Shown here in pieces: positions 18,240 to 28,424 of a stretch of DNA of 58,881 nucleotides. The notes below the pieces were generated by a model. That model saw only the letters and a program-made list of their open reading frames with translations. It searched no databases and had not been told where the DNA came from. The translations under genes were made by a program, and so were the position numbers. The number at the start of each line of letters is the position of its first letter. Position 1 is the stretch's first letter. Origin of the DNA: a virus (lineage: Duplodnaviria; Caudoviricetes); the IMG/VR virus record IMGVR_UViG_3300036767_001238, positions 1 to 58,881 of that record. One strand, 5' to 3'.

Positions 18240-20546
18240 TCAGCTTTGCGCGTATTCGATCAGCTCACTGACCAGAAACGGCAGTGCCGCACTGACGGTC
18301 GAGCCCACGATCTTGACCGCGTAAGTGCTGACCGAGGTCACATTGAAGATCGACGTCCGCCGCACCGTACCATCGGCCAGCACAACGTCCTCGACCACAT
18401 CAGCCGCCTCGGAGCCGGTCAAACCCGCCCCGGTTAGCAAGGTGATGGTGCAATCGTGGTTTGCCTCTTCAAAATGCTGCAGATCGGTCACCACCTTGAC
18501 GCTGGTTGTGGGCGAGCCGAGCGTGCGGGCGTCTGACACCCAGGTGAAGGCCGTTTTCGGGCGCGTCGCCACAGCCTGCGATCCTGTTAAGCCAAAGCCC
18601 GGCATCAGGTCCGTGGTGCCGGTGAGGGTCACGCGCAGCGGCAGAAGTGCGGGCAGGCCCGAAAGGTCGGGCCCATTCGCCTCACCATCCAGCGCCACCC
18701 AGGCCCCATTCACCTGCACCTCGATATCGGTGCGACAGGCCGGCGGCGTCACGCCGGGATGCAGCACGTCGAGATCGAGGATGCCGCCCGCAAGTTGCAG
18801 TGCCGTCAGTTCTACCGAGAGCCGCGTGCGCTCAAACCGCGCGAAGTAAAGCCGCATCTTCATGTCATCAACGAGATTGCCCGCAAAAAAGGCGCCGTCG
18901 GTCGAGACAAAGAAGGTGCCCTGGACCACCCCGTTGTCGGTATTGGTCATGGCGACATAGTGATCACCGGTGGTGACCAGCACGATCGCATAGCGCCGTC
19001 CCGCCGTCAGGAAGGTCGGCGTGATGGGCAGCTTGGTTTCCACCAGCGACGGCAGCCCCACTTCCGTGGAAATCGCCCCCACTTGGATATCCAGAACCGG
19101 CAGCGTGGTGCGCGAGATGACCCGGGACAGGTCTGGCATGCCAAAGGCGGTCTCGGTCACAAGAACTGTCACATCACCTGCCGCGGCCTTGCGTGAGAAG
19201 TAGAGCCCCACTTGGCTCAGCCAGCCGTCTTGGGAGTTCAGGAAGGTCTGCGCCACCTGCTGGCCATTGATCGTGGCCGTGGTGGTCACCCGGTCCCAGT
19301 ATTGCTCCTCATAGGTGTCGATCCAGAAGCGGCGCACCCGGATCCAGTGCACATTGCCATTGGGCACCCGCGCACCATTCGGCATGCGGTCCGGCAGGCC
19401 GTTGGTCACTTCCCAAGTCTCGCCCGCCCGGCGGAAAATATTGTCTGCCAGATCATAGGTGCCCTGACGCCACCAGCGGCTGTTGGTGCAGACCACCATG
19501 GAATTGCCATAGCGCCGCCGCGTGCGGGCGCGCGTGAGCTGGCGGATGTCTGTGGTCTCGAAGGTGTATTGCGCAAGCCGGGTTTCAGAGGCGTAGCCCG
19601 TCAGATCAAGCCGGACGCCATGGGCATATTTGGGCAGCACAAAGCCGCTGGCATTGGCAATATAGACGTTGTTCGGGTTCAGAAGCGCGAGTTCCGAGGT
19701 TTCCGCCCCGGCCCGCGGAAAGCGTATGCCTTCCTCAACCACCGCATCGAAACTGGGGTGGTCAACGTTCGAGCCCTCCGCCGTCAGGAAGTGGTTCGTG
19801 CCATAGTAAATATAGGCGCCCGGCGCATAGACTTCGGTACGCAACTCATCGAGTTGTTCGGTGAGCTCGACAATCTCGGCCTTGGTGGCATAACCCGCCA
19901 GACGATCCGCCAGCGCAGACAGGTCCGTGCGCAGCGTATCCACCTGACCGCTGATCTGCCCGCGCCAGTTTTCCAGGGCAATCGTGCGGTTTGCAACATT
20001 GCGCAGGTTCGGCAGTTGCGTCGCCTGCCACTGCTCAATGGCCACCACACCGGAGGTGTCGAGGAGTACATAGGCGATGACTGTCACATTGGCATCTGTC
20101 GCCGGATAGCTCGGGTCTGGCCCCTCGGTGCCAGCCACGGTGGAAATCTCCGCGCGGCGAAGGCTTTCCATCGCCACGGACTGCGGCTCGGTGGTGCCCG
20201 TTTGTGCGTCGATCAGGAAATCCCGCGGCTGGACGTCCGTCTCGACCTCTTGGCCGAAGCTGACGATGGCCACGCGTTTACGGGTCACCAGTGGTAGTAC
20301 GTTGAAGAGATCAACAATGATGTCCTCGCCGCGCGCATAGACCGCCCCGCCGGCGTACAGCCTGCCTGCCGACAGCGTGAGTTCTGTGGCCGCTGTTTTC
20401 GTGGCGGAAAACCCCGAATAGGCTTTGCCGGCCTCAAGCGCATCGCGAACGATATGGTCCATCGAAGCGCGGCCAAAATCCTGCATGTTGTTGAGATCGG
20501 CGGATTGCAGCTCCTGCCGATCGCGGTAGATGACGTTGCGTTCCAT
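18240..20546 (-). CDS. Large baseplate/tail structural protein
   Basis: 768 aa following gpI in the tail operon; VAQTF motif typical of baseplate carbohydrate-binding-like folds. Confidence 0.75.
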   Translation of the reverse strand: MERNVIYRDRQELQSADLNNMQDFGRASMDHIVRDALEAGKAYSGFSATKTAATELTLSAGRLYAGGAVYARGEDIIVDLFNVLPLVTRKRVAIVSFGQEVETDVQPRDFLIDAQTGTTEPQSVAMESLRRAEISTVAGTEGPDPSYPATDANVTVIAYVLLDTSGVVAIEQWQATQLPNLRNVANRTIALENWRGQISGQVDTLRTDLSALADRLAGYATKAEIVELTEQLDELRTEVYAPGAYIYYGTNHFLTAEGSNVDHPSFDAVVEEGIRFPRAGAETSELALLNPNNVYIANASGFVLPKYAHGVRLDLTGYASETRLAQYTFETTDIRQLTRARTRRRYGNSMVVCTNSRWWRQGTYDLADNIFRRAGETWEVTNGLPDRMPNGARVPNGNVHWIRVRRFWIDTYEEQYWDRVTTTATINGQQVAQTFLNSQDGWLSQVGLYFSRKAAAGDVTVLVTETAFGMPDLSRVISRTTLPVLDIQVGAISTEVGLPSLVETKLPITPTFLTAGRRYAIVLVTTGDHYVAMTNTDNGVVQGTFFVSTDGAFFAGNLVDDMKMRLYFARFERTRLSVELTALQLAGGILDLDVLHPGVTPPACRTDIEVQVNGAWVALDGEANGPDLSGLPALLPLRVTLTGTTDLMPGFGLTGSQAVATRPKTAFTWVSDARTLGSPTTSVKVVTDLQHFEEANHDCTITLLTGAGLTGSEAADVVEDVVLADGTVRRTSIFNVTSVSTYAVKIVGSTVSAALPFLVSELIEYAQS

Positions 20547-20549
20547 GCC

Positions 20550-21809
20550 TCAAACCTCAGTTAATGCGCCAAGCGTGAGATCCCCCACAGCGCGGCGGTC
20601 GCCCGGTCGCGGCACGCGCCAGGTCTTTGTGTTGATCAGGACCTTGTCCCGGAGTGATTTGGCGACCATCACCGCCGCACGCGTATCGTCGACCGGCTTG
20701 GTGCTGGCGGCCACGACATAGCCATTGACGAACCGGCCCGCGGTCCGCGGATGTCGCTTCCCCTTGATGCGGGTCAGCACTTCGGCCGTATAGGGCGGCA
20801 TCCCAAGGCGGGTGTAGCCCAGATGGGTGGACCGCTTGCGCTCATCGAGCACGCGGCCCGGATCATGGATGTGCCAGCGATCGTAGAGGTGCCGCCAGGC
20901 GATTGTTGCCGGCAGGCAGGCGCCAGAGACGCGCTGCCACGCAGCACCCGGAAACAGGGACATCGCTTGTGCCGCATGGGTCTCGGCGACCTGCTGCGGG
21001 CGAACATCGATGAGATCGCCCTTGGGCAGGACGGTTGTGTATTGCTCCCGGCCCAGCCGATAGCTGTAGGTCTCGTCGCGCGGGATGCGAACGATCCGCT
21101 GACGCACGCCAATGTCGTCGATCAGGAAAGGCTGCGCTTTCGGCCTATCGCCAAGATGAATGGCCGCCGTGGGCTTGGGTGCCAGCACCACCTCGTCATA
21201 CTCAATCGCGTTGAAGTCCCCAACGCTTTCTGGGGTCACCGTGCGAAGCATCAGATTGGTCTCCTCGCCACGGTCAAAGAGTTTTGCCGTTCGGATGTAT
21301 TTGGTCTCAGCAATCGAGACAGGGTTGTTTGGCCCCGCGAAAGCCGTGCCCGGGCCGTCCGGCGCCGACAAAAACCGGGTGTTCCGGCCGGAAACACCCC
21401 GCGCGATAAAGGGATAGACCCTCAGTTGCGAGAAGCGGTCGAGATAGGCGCCACGTTCCGTCTCCGTGAGCGCCTTTGACAAATAGGTCTTGGCCGGCGG
21501 CACGATGAAGCGCCGCGCTTCCGCCCCCATGACGGCAAGGGCTTCAGCGATCGCCGTCTGTGTGCCCTTGATCGCATGAAACGGCAGCGATCGGGCCGTC
21601 CGGGCGCGTTTTTTCTCCTCCGGCCAATCTTTGTCCCAGAGATCAACTGATAAGCCCCAGGCGAGCCAAGGCAAATGGGGTGCTGGCACCAACGCGGGCT
21701 GGACGAGTTGGCGCAGGGCGATGGGCAGGTCAGCGATGCGCGCCCCGGTGAGATCGACGGCCTCCTCGAAGGAAGTTCGGTTGTCGGGCAGCAGGGTTTC
21801 TTGAGCCAT
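20550..21809 (-). CDS. Phage tail protein I (P2 gpI-like), C-terminally extended
   Basis: LLPDNRT...LPWLAWGLSVDLWD..W.E.KKR...H.IKGT. Confidence 0.9.
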   Translation of the reverse strand: MAQETLLPDNRTSFEEAVDLTGARIADLPIALRQLVQPALVPAPHLPWLAWGLSVDLWDKDWPEEKKRARTARSLPFHAIKGTQTAIAEALAVMGAEARRFIVPPAKTYLSKALTETERGAYLDRFSQLRVYPFIARGVSGRNTRFLSAPDGPGTAFAGPNNPVSIAETKYIRTAKLFDRGEETNLMLRTVTPESVGDFNAIEYDEVVLAPKPTAAIHLGDRPKAQPFLIDDIGVRQRIVRIPRDETYSYRLGREQYTTVLPKGDLIDVRPQQVAETHAAQAMSLFPGAAWQRVSGACLPATIAWRHLYDRWHIHDPGRVLDERKRSTHLGYTRLGMPPYTAEVLTRIKGKRHPRTAGRFVNGYVVAASTKPVDDTRAAVMVAKSLRDKVLINTKTWRVPRPGDRRAVGDLTLGALTEV

Positions 21810-21927
21810 CGTGCCGCCTTCCCGTTACATAAGGGGGATGTGCTTGAGGACGTCCGGTCCCCTGGTCAGAAAATTCTTCCTTGTGGAATATTTATCCACT
21901 ATGATTCCATCAGGAAGGATTCTGCCC

Positions 21928-22308
21928 ATGTTGAACGGACTCTCTCAAGCACACGCGACAGGGCGTGGTGCGGTTCTAACCAAAGCTGCTGTGCGCGCCG
22001 CCGAGCGTCTTGAATTGCCTGGCAGCAAGTTGGCCGAGATGCTTGGCGTATCTGAGGCGCAAGTGTCACGCTTCAAGAAAGGCGAGGCGATTATCAACGA
22101 TCGGTCGAAGGCATTTGAATTGGCTGCCCTCTTTGTGCGCGCCTTCCGATCTCTGGATGCGATTACTGGTGGCAATGAAGCCGTAGCACGCGCTTGGTTG
22201 GTAGCACCCAATACCGCTTTAGGGGCCCGCCCTGCTGACCGAATTACCACAGCCCAAGGACTCGTTGATGTCGTCGCCTATCTGGACACCCGCCGCGCTC
22301 CGCTCTGA
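21928..22308 (+). CDS. Xre/MbcA/ParS-family antitoxin
   Basis: HTH (LAEMLGVSEAQVSR) and ARAWL..PN.AL...P...I....GL.DV..YLD; RBS before ATG 21928. Confidence 0.9.
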   Translation: MLNGLSQAHATGRGAVLTKAAVRAAERLELPGSKLAEMLGVSEAQVSRFKKGEAIINDRSKAFELAALFVRAFRSLDAITGGNEAVARAWLVAPNTALGARPADRITTAQGLVDVVAYLDTRRAPL

Positions 22309-23041
22309 ACTCGAAGCACTCGAAACTCGGGCGTGGCGGTTGGTGGAAGCGCAGCACCGTGTTTCAACACTCAAGCTGACCGACAACCTTGACGACCAAG
22401 CCGCTCTTGAAGCCATTCTTGATGAAACCAAGCCAGCGCTTCCAAGCAACTGCGCGCACCTCGATTATCTCTTGGCAACTCCGTTTCGTTACCGGCCGTA
22501 TCCTGCAGGGTCTAGGTTTCGCAGAGCCGGCTTTACACCCGGTGTTTGGTATGGCGCCGAGCAGCCAGAGACTGCGGCGGCAGAGATGGTCTTTTATCGT
22601 TTTCTCTTCTACGCAGAAAGCCCAGATACTCCGTTTCCAGATGATGCTGCAGACTACACCGCCTTTGCTGCTGACATTGCCTCCAATTCCGCGATCGATC
22701 TGACAAAGGGTAAATTATCTGCAGATTCCCCAACCTGGACGCACCTCACAGATTACGAACATTGCCAAAGCTTGGCGGATGCAACCAGGGAGGCTGGAGG
22801 TCAGGTCATCCGGTACATGTCGATCCGTGACCCAAATCAATTGGCTAATCTTGCTGTTTTGGACTGTGCTGCGTTCCGCTCCTCAACTCCGGTTGATCGG
22901 CAGACCTGGCGCATTCGCATTAGCCGAAGCGGCGCGCAGGCTATTCGCGAGTACCCCGCTCTCGGCTTGGAGTTTCCTCCTCACTCTTTTGCCGAGGACC
23001 CGAGGCTCCAAAGCATGAATTGGCATCGGCCCAGCCTGTGA
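22268..23041 (+). CDS. RES-domain toxin (NAD+ phosphorylase family)
   Basis: WRLVEAQH, TPFRY, GSRFR, TAAAE, Y.S.RD motifs; overlaps the antitoxin gene. Confidence 0.92.
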   Translation: MSSPIWTPAALRSELEALETRAWRLVEAQHRVSTLKLTDNLDDQAALEAILDETKPALPSNCAHLDYLLATPFRYRPYPAGSRFRRAGFTPGVWYGAEQPETAAAEMVFYRFLFYAESPDTPFPDDAADYTAFAADIASNSAIDLTKGKLSADSPTWTHLTDYEHCQSLADATREAGGQVIRYMSIRDPNQLANLAVLDCAAFRSSTPVDRQTWRIRISRSGAQAIREYPALGLEFPPHSFAEDPRLQSMNWHRPSL

Positions 23042-23117
23042 CAAACCCACAGACAATTCCTGACGGATCGCAAAAATCAGCCCTGTTTGGATTTTTCAGA
23101 TCCTCGGTGAACTTTCC

Positions 23118-24005
23118 TCAAGCATCGCGCGAATCCGCGACCGTAATGGTAATAGCCTCCACGGCGTAGACCTCGGTCGGCCCCAGAACGATGTCCGCGG
23201 CAGGTGAGGTCAGGTCTACCGAATGCACACCTTCCTGATGCAGTTTCGAGAAGATGGCCGAGCGACGCAGGTTCATGCCCAGCATCCGGTTCGTTTCCAC
23301 CCACGAGGTCAACGCGCTGACCGCGCGATCGCGCACCAGGTTGCCGTCCGGGCCCGGATAGAGCGTCAGAGTCGCGTTGATGGTGACCGGATGTACGGCA
23401 GGTCCCAGCACCTCAACCATGTCCGTGAGCGGCCGGACGTCATTGTCGATGAGCGCCAGCCGGACGGTCTCCCGTTCTTCGAGGCTCGGAATGGGGTCTT
23501 CGCCCGCGCGTAAAATCGTCACGCGCACCCGACCCGGCGTCGTCATGATCGCGGTGGCATCCCGCGCCCATGGGGCGGCACTGAGGGCGTGATAGACATA
23601 GGCCCCCTCTGGCCCCGCGACCGAAAACGCATCAGGCGCGAGTTGCACCCGGCGCCGCAGGCGCGCATCGTCTTCAGCAACCAGCGCACCGGTCTCGTCC
23701 TCGACCTGCATCCGAGCTGTGGCAAAGAGGGCCGCCAGGTGATCGAGGTTGCTGCCGAAGGATGACGCCAGCAGAACCGAGCGGGCGGCATCATTGATCC
23801 GCGCGCGCAGGAGCAGTTCGCGGTAGGCAAAGGCCTCGATCAATTTGCGCGCGGGCTCGCTTTCGAGATCGATGACGCCGGCGATGTCCGGAAAACGCGT
23901 GACGAGATCGTCACGCATGTCTTTGACAATGGTCTCATAGTCCAGCGTCTCGATCACATCAGGCGGCGGAAGACCTGCCAGATTGATCGCAGTAAAGCGG
24001 CTCAT
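23118..24005 (-). CDS. Baseplate J protein
   Basis: LESEP..KL.E..AYRE, SVAGP.GAY, VRPLTD. Confidence 0.95.
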   Translation of the reverse strand: MSRFTAINLAGLPPPDVIETLDYETIVKDMRDDLVTRFPDIAGVIDLESEPARKLIEAFAYRELLLRARINDAARSVLLASSFGSNLDHLAALFATARMQVEDETGALVAEDDARLRRRVQLAPDAFSVAGPEGAYVYHALSAAPWARDATAIMTTPGRVRVTILRAGEDPIPSLEERETVRLALIDNDVRPLTDMVEVLGPAVHPVTINATLTLYPGPDGNLVRDRAVSALTSWVETNRMLGMNLRRSAIFSKLHQEGVHSVDLTSPAADIVLGPTEVYAVEAITITVADSRDA

Positions 24006-24427
24006 ACCAGGGCCTCCCGGGTTTCAATCAGGACGCCATCAAGATTGGCATAGGCATCAATCCGGCGCGCGCCCTCTACGGTATAATCACCGAACATCGC
24101 CCGGGGCCGATATTCGCCCTCGAGGAAGACATGCAAGGCGCCCGCGCGTGTGACCTCAACGACCTGGATGCGCGTCACCCGATAGCGCGGCTCGAATTGC
24201 TCGATGGCCGAGGTCACCGCCGCGAAAAAGGGCGTCACCTCGTTTGGACTGATCGTGCGCCCCATCAGATGCGGCACGAAGGATCCATACCATTCGCGCA
24301 TCACCCGGCTGCCAAACCGTGTGGTGAAGATATCCTGCAGGCTTTGCACCACATGCGGCCAGCCCTCAAGGATGCGGCCCGTCGCGGCATTCAGCCCGAC
24401 TGACGGATTGGGGGAAAGGCTTACCAT
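24002..24427 (-). CDS. Baseplate W / gp25-like protein
   Basis: HVVQSLQDIFTTRFGSRVMREWYGS...EPR. Confidence 0.92.
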   Translation of the reverse strand: MVSLSPNPSVGLNAATGRILEGWPHVVQSLQDIFTTRFGSRVMREWYGSFVPHLMGRTISPNEVTPFFAAVTSAIEQFEPRYRVTRIQVVEVTRAGALHVFLEGEYRPRAMFGDYTVEGARRIDAYANLDGVLIETREALV

Positions 24428-24436
24428 GGTCCAGTG

Positions 24437-24649
24437 TTACATCGTGGCCTCGGGGGTGTCAGATTTCGACACAGGCTTTGCAGGCTTGGTCTGTTTGGCG
24501 GCTGGTTTGACATCCAGCGCCCGCAGCGAGCCGAGGCGAACCTCGTGTTCGGCCTGTTTTTCGGTGAGGGTGAGGATCGTACCGACGCCCGTGTTGGTTT
24601 GGCCCGCGACAAAGCGGCCGGCGGTTTCGGTGATAGCGTAGCGTGGCAT
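24437..24649 (-). CDS. Small hypothetical virion-region protein
   Basis: AAGGA RBS before MPRYAITETAG; between spike and gpW. Confidence 0.65.
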   Translation of the reverse strand: MPRYAITETAGRFVAGQTNTGVGTILTLTEKQAEHEVRLGSLRALDVKPAAKQTKPAKPVSKSDTPEATM

Positions 24650-24662
24650 GGAGTCGTCCTTG

Positions 24663-25202
24663 TCAGTTCGCAGGCGTGCCGGTGACCGACGGCCCGGACA
24701 ACACGCCGCTGTGTATGTGGCTGTCGCCAATGTTTTTGCTGTTGTGACGGACCTCGCCGCCGGTGATTTCAACGTTGGCGCTGTCAACCTTGAAACGCAC
24801 ATCCCCAACGGCAATCTCGAGGCTGTCTTCTGCCAGGGTCACAGTAACGCTACCAAAACGCAGCACATTCTGGTCGGCTGCCGTCGAGGGCGACGGGTTA
24901 CCACTGGAGTGGGTCAGCGGCACGGCGACCGCTTGCTGGAAATCCCCGTTCGGCGACATCGCGGTGAACTGCTGCCCGACCGTGGGCGGTGTGTGGACCC
25001 GCAGGGCGCCAGAGAACTGCGCGTACGGGATCCACGGAGAGAGAAACCGCCCCTCGGTCCCATGCGCAGGCCCAAAGTCTAGCCGGATCCGTTGCGTGTT
25101 TGTATCAACCTCGGCCACAGTGCCGTGCCGCATCATACCCGCGAACCGGCGCTCCAATTCAGCGATACGCGCGGCCAATTCCACCAATTCGCGGATCGCC
25201 AT
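24663..25202 (-). CDS. Baseplate assembly protein V (spike)
   Basis: SPWIP...PPTVGQQ...SP.GD and C-terminal H-x-H (HIHSGV) metal-binding tip. Confidence 0.93.
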   Translation of the reverse strand: MAIRELVELAARIAELERRFAGMMRHGTVAEVDTNTQRIRLDFGPAHGTEGRFLSPWIPYAQFSGALRVHTPPTVGQQFTAMSPNGDFQQAVAVPLTHSSGNPSPSTAADQNVLRFGSVTVTLAEDSLEIAVGDVRFKVDSANVEITGGEVRHNSKNIGDSHIHSGVLSGPSVTGTPAN

Positions 25203-25203
25203 G

Positions 25204-26016
25204 TCATGATGCCTCTGCCGCGGTCATTGTTGCATCGATCACCGTGACGCGCTCGCCTTCCTCGTCGAAGATGACCGCATCCATGGTCACGGGATCACCT
25301 TGGGCATCGAGCTTGGGCAAAACACCCAGTTGATCCATGACCTCTAGCGGCACACCCAGCATCTGCGCAGTGCGCGCCCAATCGCGGACATCATTACCCT
25401 CGATCTGCTCGCGCAGCATGGCCGCAATTGGCGCCAGGGTCTGATCCGCGTCCATCAGCGCAAAGACCTCGCCCCAAGCGGTGCCGGACGGGATGTCCGC
25501 CCCTATCGCTGGCGTGTCGACCAGATCGCAGGTCAAAACCAGCTGTCGGGCGGCGAAGCGCACGCCGTTTTCCGTGGAGGCCCCGCGACGTGAGAGCCGC
25601 CGGGTCACACGGGGCACCAGTTTCATCCAGGCGCGCGCCCAGGCACTGTCATCGCGGGTGAGCGCGGTGACAACCTGGTGCTCCATCATGTCGAGCGTCA
25701 GTTCCATCCCCTCATCCGTATGCGGAATGGCAATGGTGATCTGCCCGCCCTGACCGTCGCGTGCTGGAACCTCGACCCGCGCGGCGATGGCGAGCTCGAT
25801 GACCAGATCGCAGCGCTGATTATCGCCTGCAAGGTCACGACCGATGATGTCGGCCTCATGTTCATCCGTCGTCAGCACCAGAAGCGGCTGACGGTTTTCT
25901 GCGATGGTCTGATCGATCGGATCGACCGCGCTGTCGAACACACGTACTCCAGCAAGGGTGCGGTCCCGGAGCGCGCGAGCCGCGGTCAATCGCATGACAA
26001 GTCGCGTCAGGCTCAT
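25204..26016 (-). CDS. Hypothetical neck/tail completion protein
   Basis: 270 aa, translationally coupled, between head-tail joining gene and spike. Confidence 0.7.
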   Translation of the reverse strand: MSLTRLVMRLTAARALRDRTLAGVRVFDSAVDPIDQTIAENRQPLLVLTTDEHEADIIGRDLAGDNQRCDLVIELAIAARVEVPARDGQGGQITIAIPHTDEGMELTLDMMEHQVVTALTRDDSAWARAWMKLVPRVTRRLSRRGASTENGVRFAARQLVLTCDLVDTPAIGADIPSGTAWGEVFALMDADQTLAPIAAMLREQIEGNDVRDWARTAQMLGVPLEVMDQLGVLPKLDAQGDPVTMDAVIFDEEGERVTVIDATMTAAEAS

Positions 26017-26426
26017 GGAGTTTCATCCTCTCGAACAAGCATCAGGTTCAAATCGCCCAGATCCGAGGTTGCAACCCTCGAGATTGCATAGATCGGCTGG
26101 CCACTGCGGGCCGTCAGGATGACGGCGTCGCCGGTGATCGGCAGCCATGGCAGCTGATCGATCTGCGGTTTGGCGATCCAGAACTCGGCAGCAGCGGTCG
26201 ACAGCTTGGTCGTGCCCGACATTTGCCCACCACGCGCTTGGCCGCGCAGATCTTCTTGCGCGGGACCAGCCGAAAAGATGCCGTAGGCCATTGCCTCGGG
26301 GCGGTCCGGGTCGGCACTACGTTCCGCATATTGGGTGGACATGCGAGGGCGCAGAAGGGCCGGCTCGGCAAAGACCGCCTTGACTGCTGCGCTGGTGTGG
26401 GCATCCAAGTCATTGAAAAGAGACAT
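26013..26426 (-). CDS. Head-tail joining/closure protein (lambda FII-like)
   Basis: Position after the capsid gene; beta-rich C-terminus GD.V.L....Y.I. Confidence 0.7.
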   Translation of the reverse strand: MSLFNDLDAHTSAAVKAVFAEPALLRPRMSTQYAERSADPDRPEAMAYGIFSAGPAQEDLRGQARGGQMSGTTKLSTAAAEFWIAKPQIDQLPWLPITGDAVILTARSGQPIYAISRVATSDLGDLNLMLVREDETP

Positions 26427-26455
26427 GAGAATATCACCGCCACGAGGAAATGCAG

Positions 26456-26638
26456 ATGGAAGACACGCCCATCAGAACCACCGAGGAGCATCGACAGGCC
26501 CTTCAGCAGATCGAACGACTATGGCACGCCGCCCCCGGTTCACCCGACGAAGTCAGACTGGAAAAATTGGTGACCGCAGTGGAGGCTTATGAAGCGCAGA
26601 AGTTCAGCGGGTGGGACGAGGAGCAGACCCAAGGCTGA
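26456..26638 (+). CDS. Orphan HigA-like antitoxin, N-terminal domain only (no HTH)
   Basis: PIRTTEEHRQALQQIERLWHAAPGSPDEVRLEKLVTAVEAYE matches the HigA N-terminal consensus; stops before the HTH; GAGG RBS. Confidence 0.75.
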   Translation: MEDTPIRTTEEHRQALQQIERLWHAAPGSPDEVRLEKLVTAVEAYEAQKFSGWDEEQTQG

Positions 26639-26647
26639 CAGCCGCTG

Positions 26648-26941
26648 TCAGAACTTACTGGTTCGGCAGACCCCGAGTTTAAAGCCAAGGGCTCTGACTG
26701 CCGCCAATACCAGTGAAAATGGCGGGTCATTCCCATCACGAAATGCCTCAAGCAATGCAGTATGCTCTATGCCAACTTGCGCGGCTATGCCTTCGGGGCC
26801 GCGTGCTCGGATTACGTCACCGATGGCGCCAATGATCACCAGAGCGTCACCATCATCGAAAGCAGCTTCCAAATACGCGTCCTGCTCGACACGCGTCTGA
26901 AGATGTTCCTGAATATCCCATTGGGAGATTTCGTGAGGCAT
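26648..26941 (-). CDS. Orphan addiction-module antidote (HI1420/TIGR02684-like) with degenerate HTH
   Basis: WD..EHL.T....AYLEAA...GD...I..A.GD..RARG; no toxin gene adjacent. Confidence 0.8.
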   Translation of the reverse strand: MPHEISQWDIQEHLQTRVEQDAYLEAAFDDGDALVIIGAIGDVIRARGPEGIAAQVGIEHTALLEAFRDGNDPPFSLVLAAVRALGFKLGVCRTSKF

Positions 26942-27022
26942 ATAGCTGCTTTCTTTGATGCGGCCAGCATAACGTTGCTCTGGATGTCATTCCAACGCAA
27001 CGCCTCTTCCGGCCCTGCTCGA

Positions 27023-28054
27023 TTACGTCCGCTTGCCCGGGATCAGGACCCGCGGCCGTGTGCAGTAATGCAGCGCGTTCATCTGGAACTCGAGGTTCAC
27101 ACCCTTGCCGTTCTGCATCTCCCACTGCTTGCCGTAGAGGCGCTGGCCCGGCGTGTTCACGGTCTCGATGTAATCGGCCGGTGCATAGACCGTGCGGAAG
27201 AGACCAGGCACGCCCGAAGGCACGAGGTGGCACTTGTCAGTGTCGATGCCGACGTTCTGGCCGCCGCGGTAGTTCATCCAGGTGATGCCGCCAAACTCGA
27301 AGGCGCCGTAAATGCCGGAATTGCCCGAGTTGATATAGGCGTTCCGGAGCGATGCCGCGTCTGCATAGCCCTTGTAAGTTTCGCGGACCTCTTGGTGGGC
27401 GATGAGATCATCGAAGAACGCGTCGCCGCAAAGCGCCATGATGCCTGTATAGGGCAGCCCGTCGAGAATGCCTGCCATCTGACGGATGACACCCGCGCAT
27501 TTCTTGCGGAGTGCGCCATCGGCGGCGCTCGCATTGTCGAGGTCGAAGTCCACCACTGCCTGCTGGTTTTCGCCAAACTCGGTGAAGTAATCGAACAGAA
27601 CCGAGCCATCAGCATCGAGTAGCTGGCCGGTCTTGAGAATGTTCAGCCGGTGGTATTCCTCGGTCAGTGCAAAGAACTGGCTCGCCTCGGCCGCGCGGTC
27701 TGCGATCTTCTGCTGCAGGCGCTCGACGGCAACCTCTTGGCCGAAAGCGCGGACCTGCTGCACCTCGTCGGCATAGATCGCATCATCGACCTGGAAGTGC
27801 GGCACCTTCAGCATGCGTACGGCGCGTTTCGATTTATCGAAGGTCTGGCCTGGACCACCGCGCGGGCTCGCGGAGACCAGCATGCGGTTTTGCTCTTTGT
27901 CCTTCTCGATTGCGATGTCGAGCGTATCGATGCTGGTGGTCTGGAACAGCCCCATTTGCCCGATGCGGGACGGGGTGTATTTGATCTCACGAAGCGCGTC
28001 CGTGAGGCGCATGACGCTGAAGGCGTCCTGACTGAAGATGTTGAGGATCGACAT
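27023..28054 (-). CDS. Major capsid protein (lambda gpE family)
   Basis: 343 aa after the decoration protein; FAPAD-like YAPADYIETVNTPG, C.RP.VL. Confidence 0.93.
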   Translation of the reverse strand: MSILNIFSQDAFSVMRLTDALREIKYTPSRIGQMGLFQTTSIDTLDIAIEKDKEQNRMLVSASPRGGPGQTFDKSKRAVRMLKVPHFQVDDAIYADEVQQVRAFGQEVAVERLQQKIADRAAEASQFFALTEEYHRLNILKTGQLLDADGSVLFDYFTEFGENQQAVVDFDLDNASAADGALRKKCAGVIRQMAGILDGLPYTGIMALCGDAFFDDLIAHQEVRETYKGYADAASLRNAYINSGNSGIYGAFEFGGITWMNYRGGQNVGIDTDKCHLVPSGVPGLFRTVYAPADYIETVNTPGQRLYGKQWEMQNGKGVNLEFQMNALHYCTRPRVLIPGKRT

Positions 28055-28196
28055 GGGAGGTCCTTTTATTGCGTCGGCGCGCCAGCAACTGGTCGCGCAA
28101 GATCACCCTGCGGCCCGAGGCTGCAGGAGATCGCTTTGGTTGAGTGGACGGCGTTTTCGCCTTGCCTTGCAGGCCTCGGCGCGCCACCGTTGCCAC

Positions 28197-28406
28197 ATGC
28201 AAAAAACGATGGAATATCGCGGGTATCAGGCCGAAGTTTCCGAAGAGGGAGAGCTATTGGTCGGGCACATCTCCGTCATTCGAGACCGGGTTGGTTTCCA
28301 CGCGGAAAGCTTTGAGGCGTTGCGCGAAGCCTTCAGGGAAGCCGTGGACGATTATCTTGACGTCTGCCAGATTGTCGGTAAGTCACCAGCCAAGCCTGAC
28401 ACATAA
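28197..28406 (+). CDS. hicB: Orphan HicB-like antitoxin, N-terminal domain only (no RHH)
   Basis: MEYRGY.A.V......LVG.I..IRD.VGFHAES..ALREAF.EAVDDYL..C...GK.P.KP then stop. Confidence 0.78.
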   Translation: MQKTMEYRGYQAEVSEEGELLVGHISVIRDRVGFHAESFEALREAFREAVDDYLDVCQIVGKSPAKPDT

Positions 28407-28424
28407 TCGCAAGACGGGATCAAA

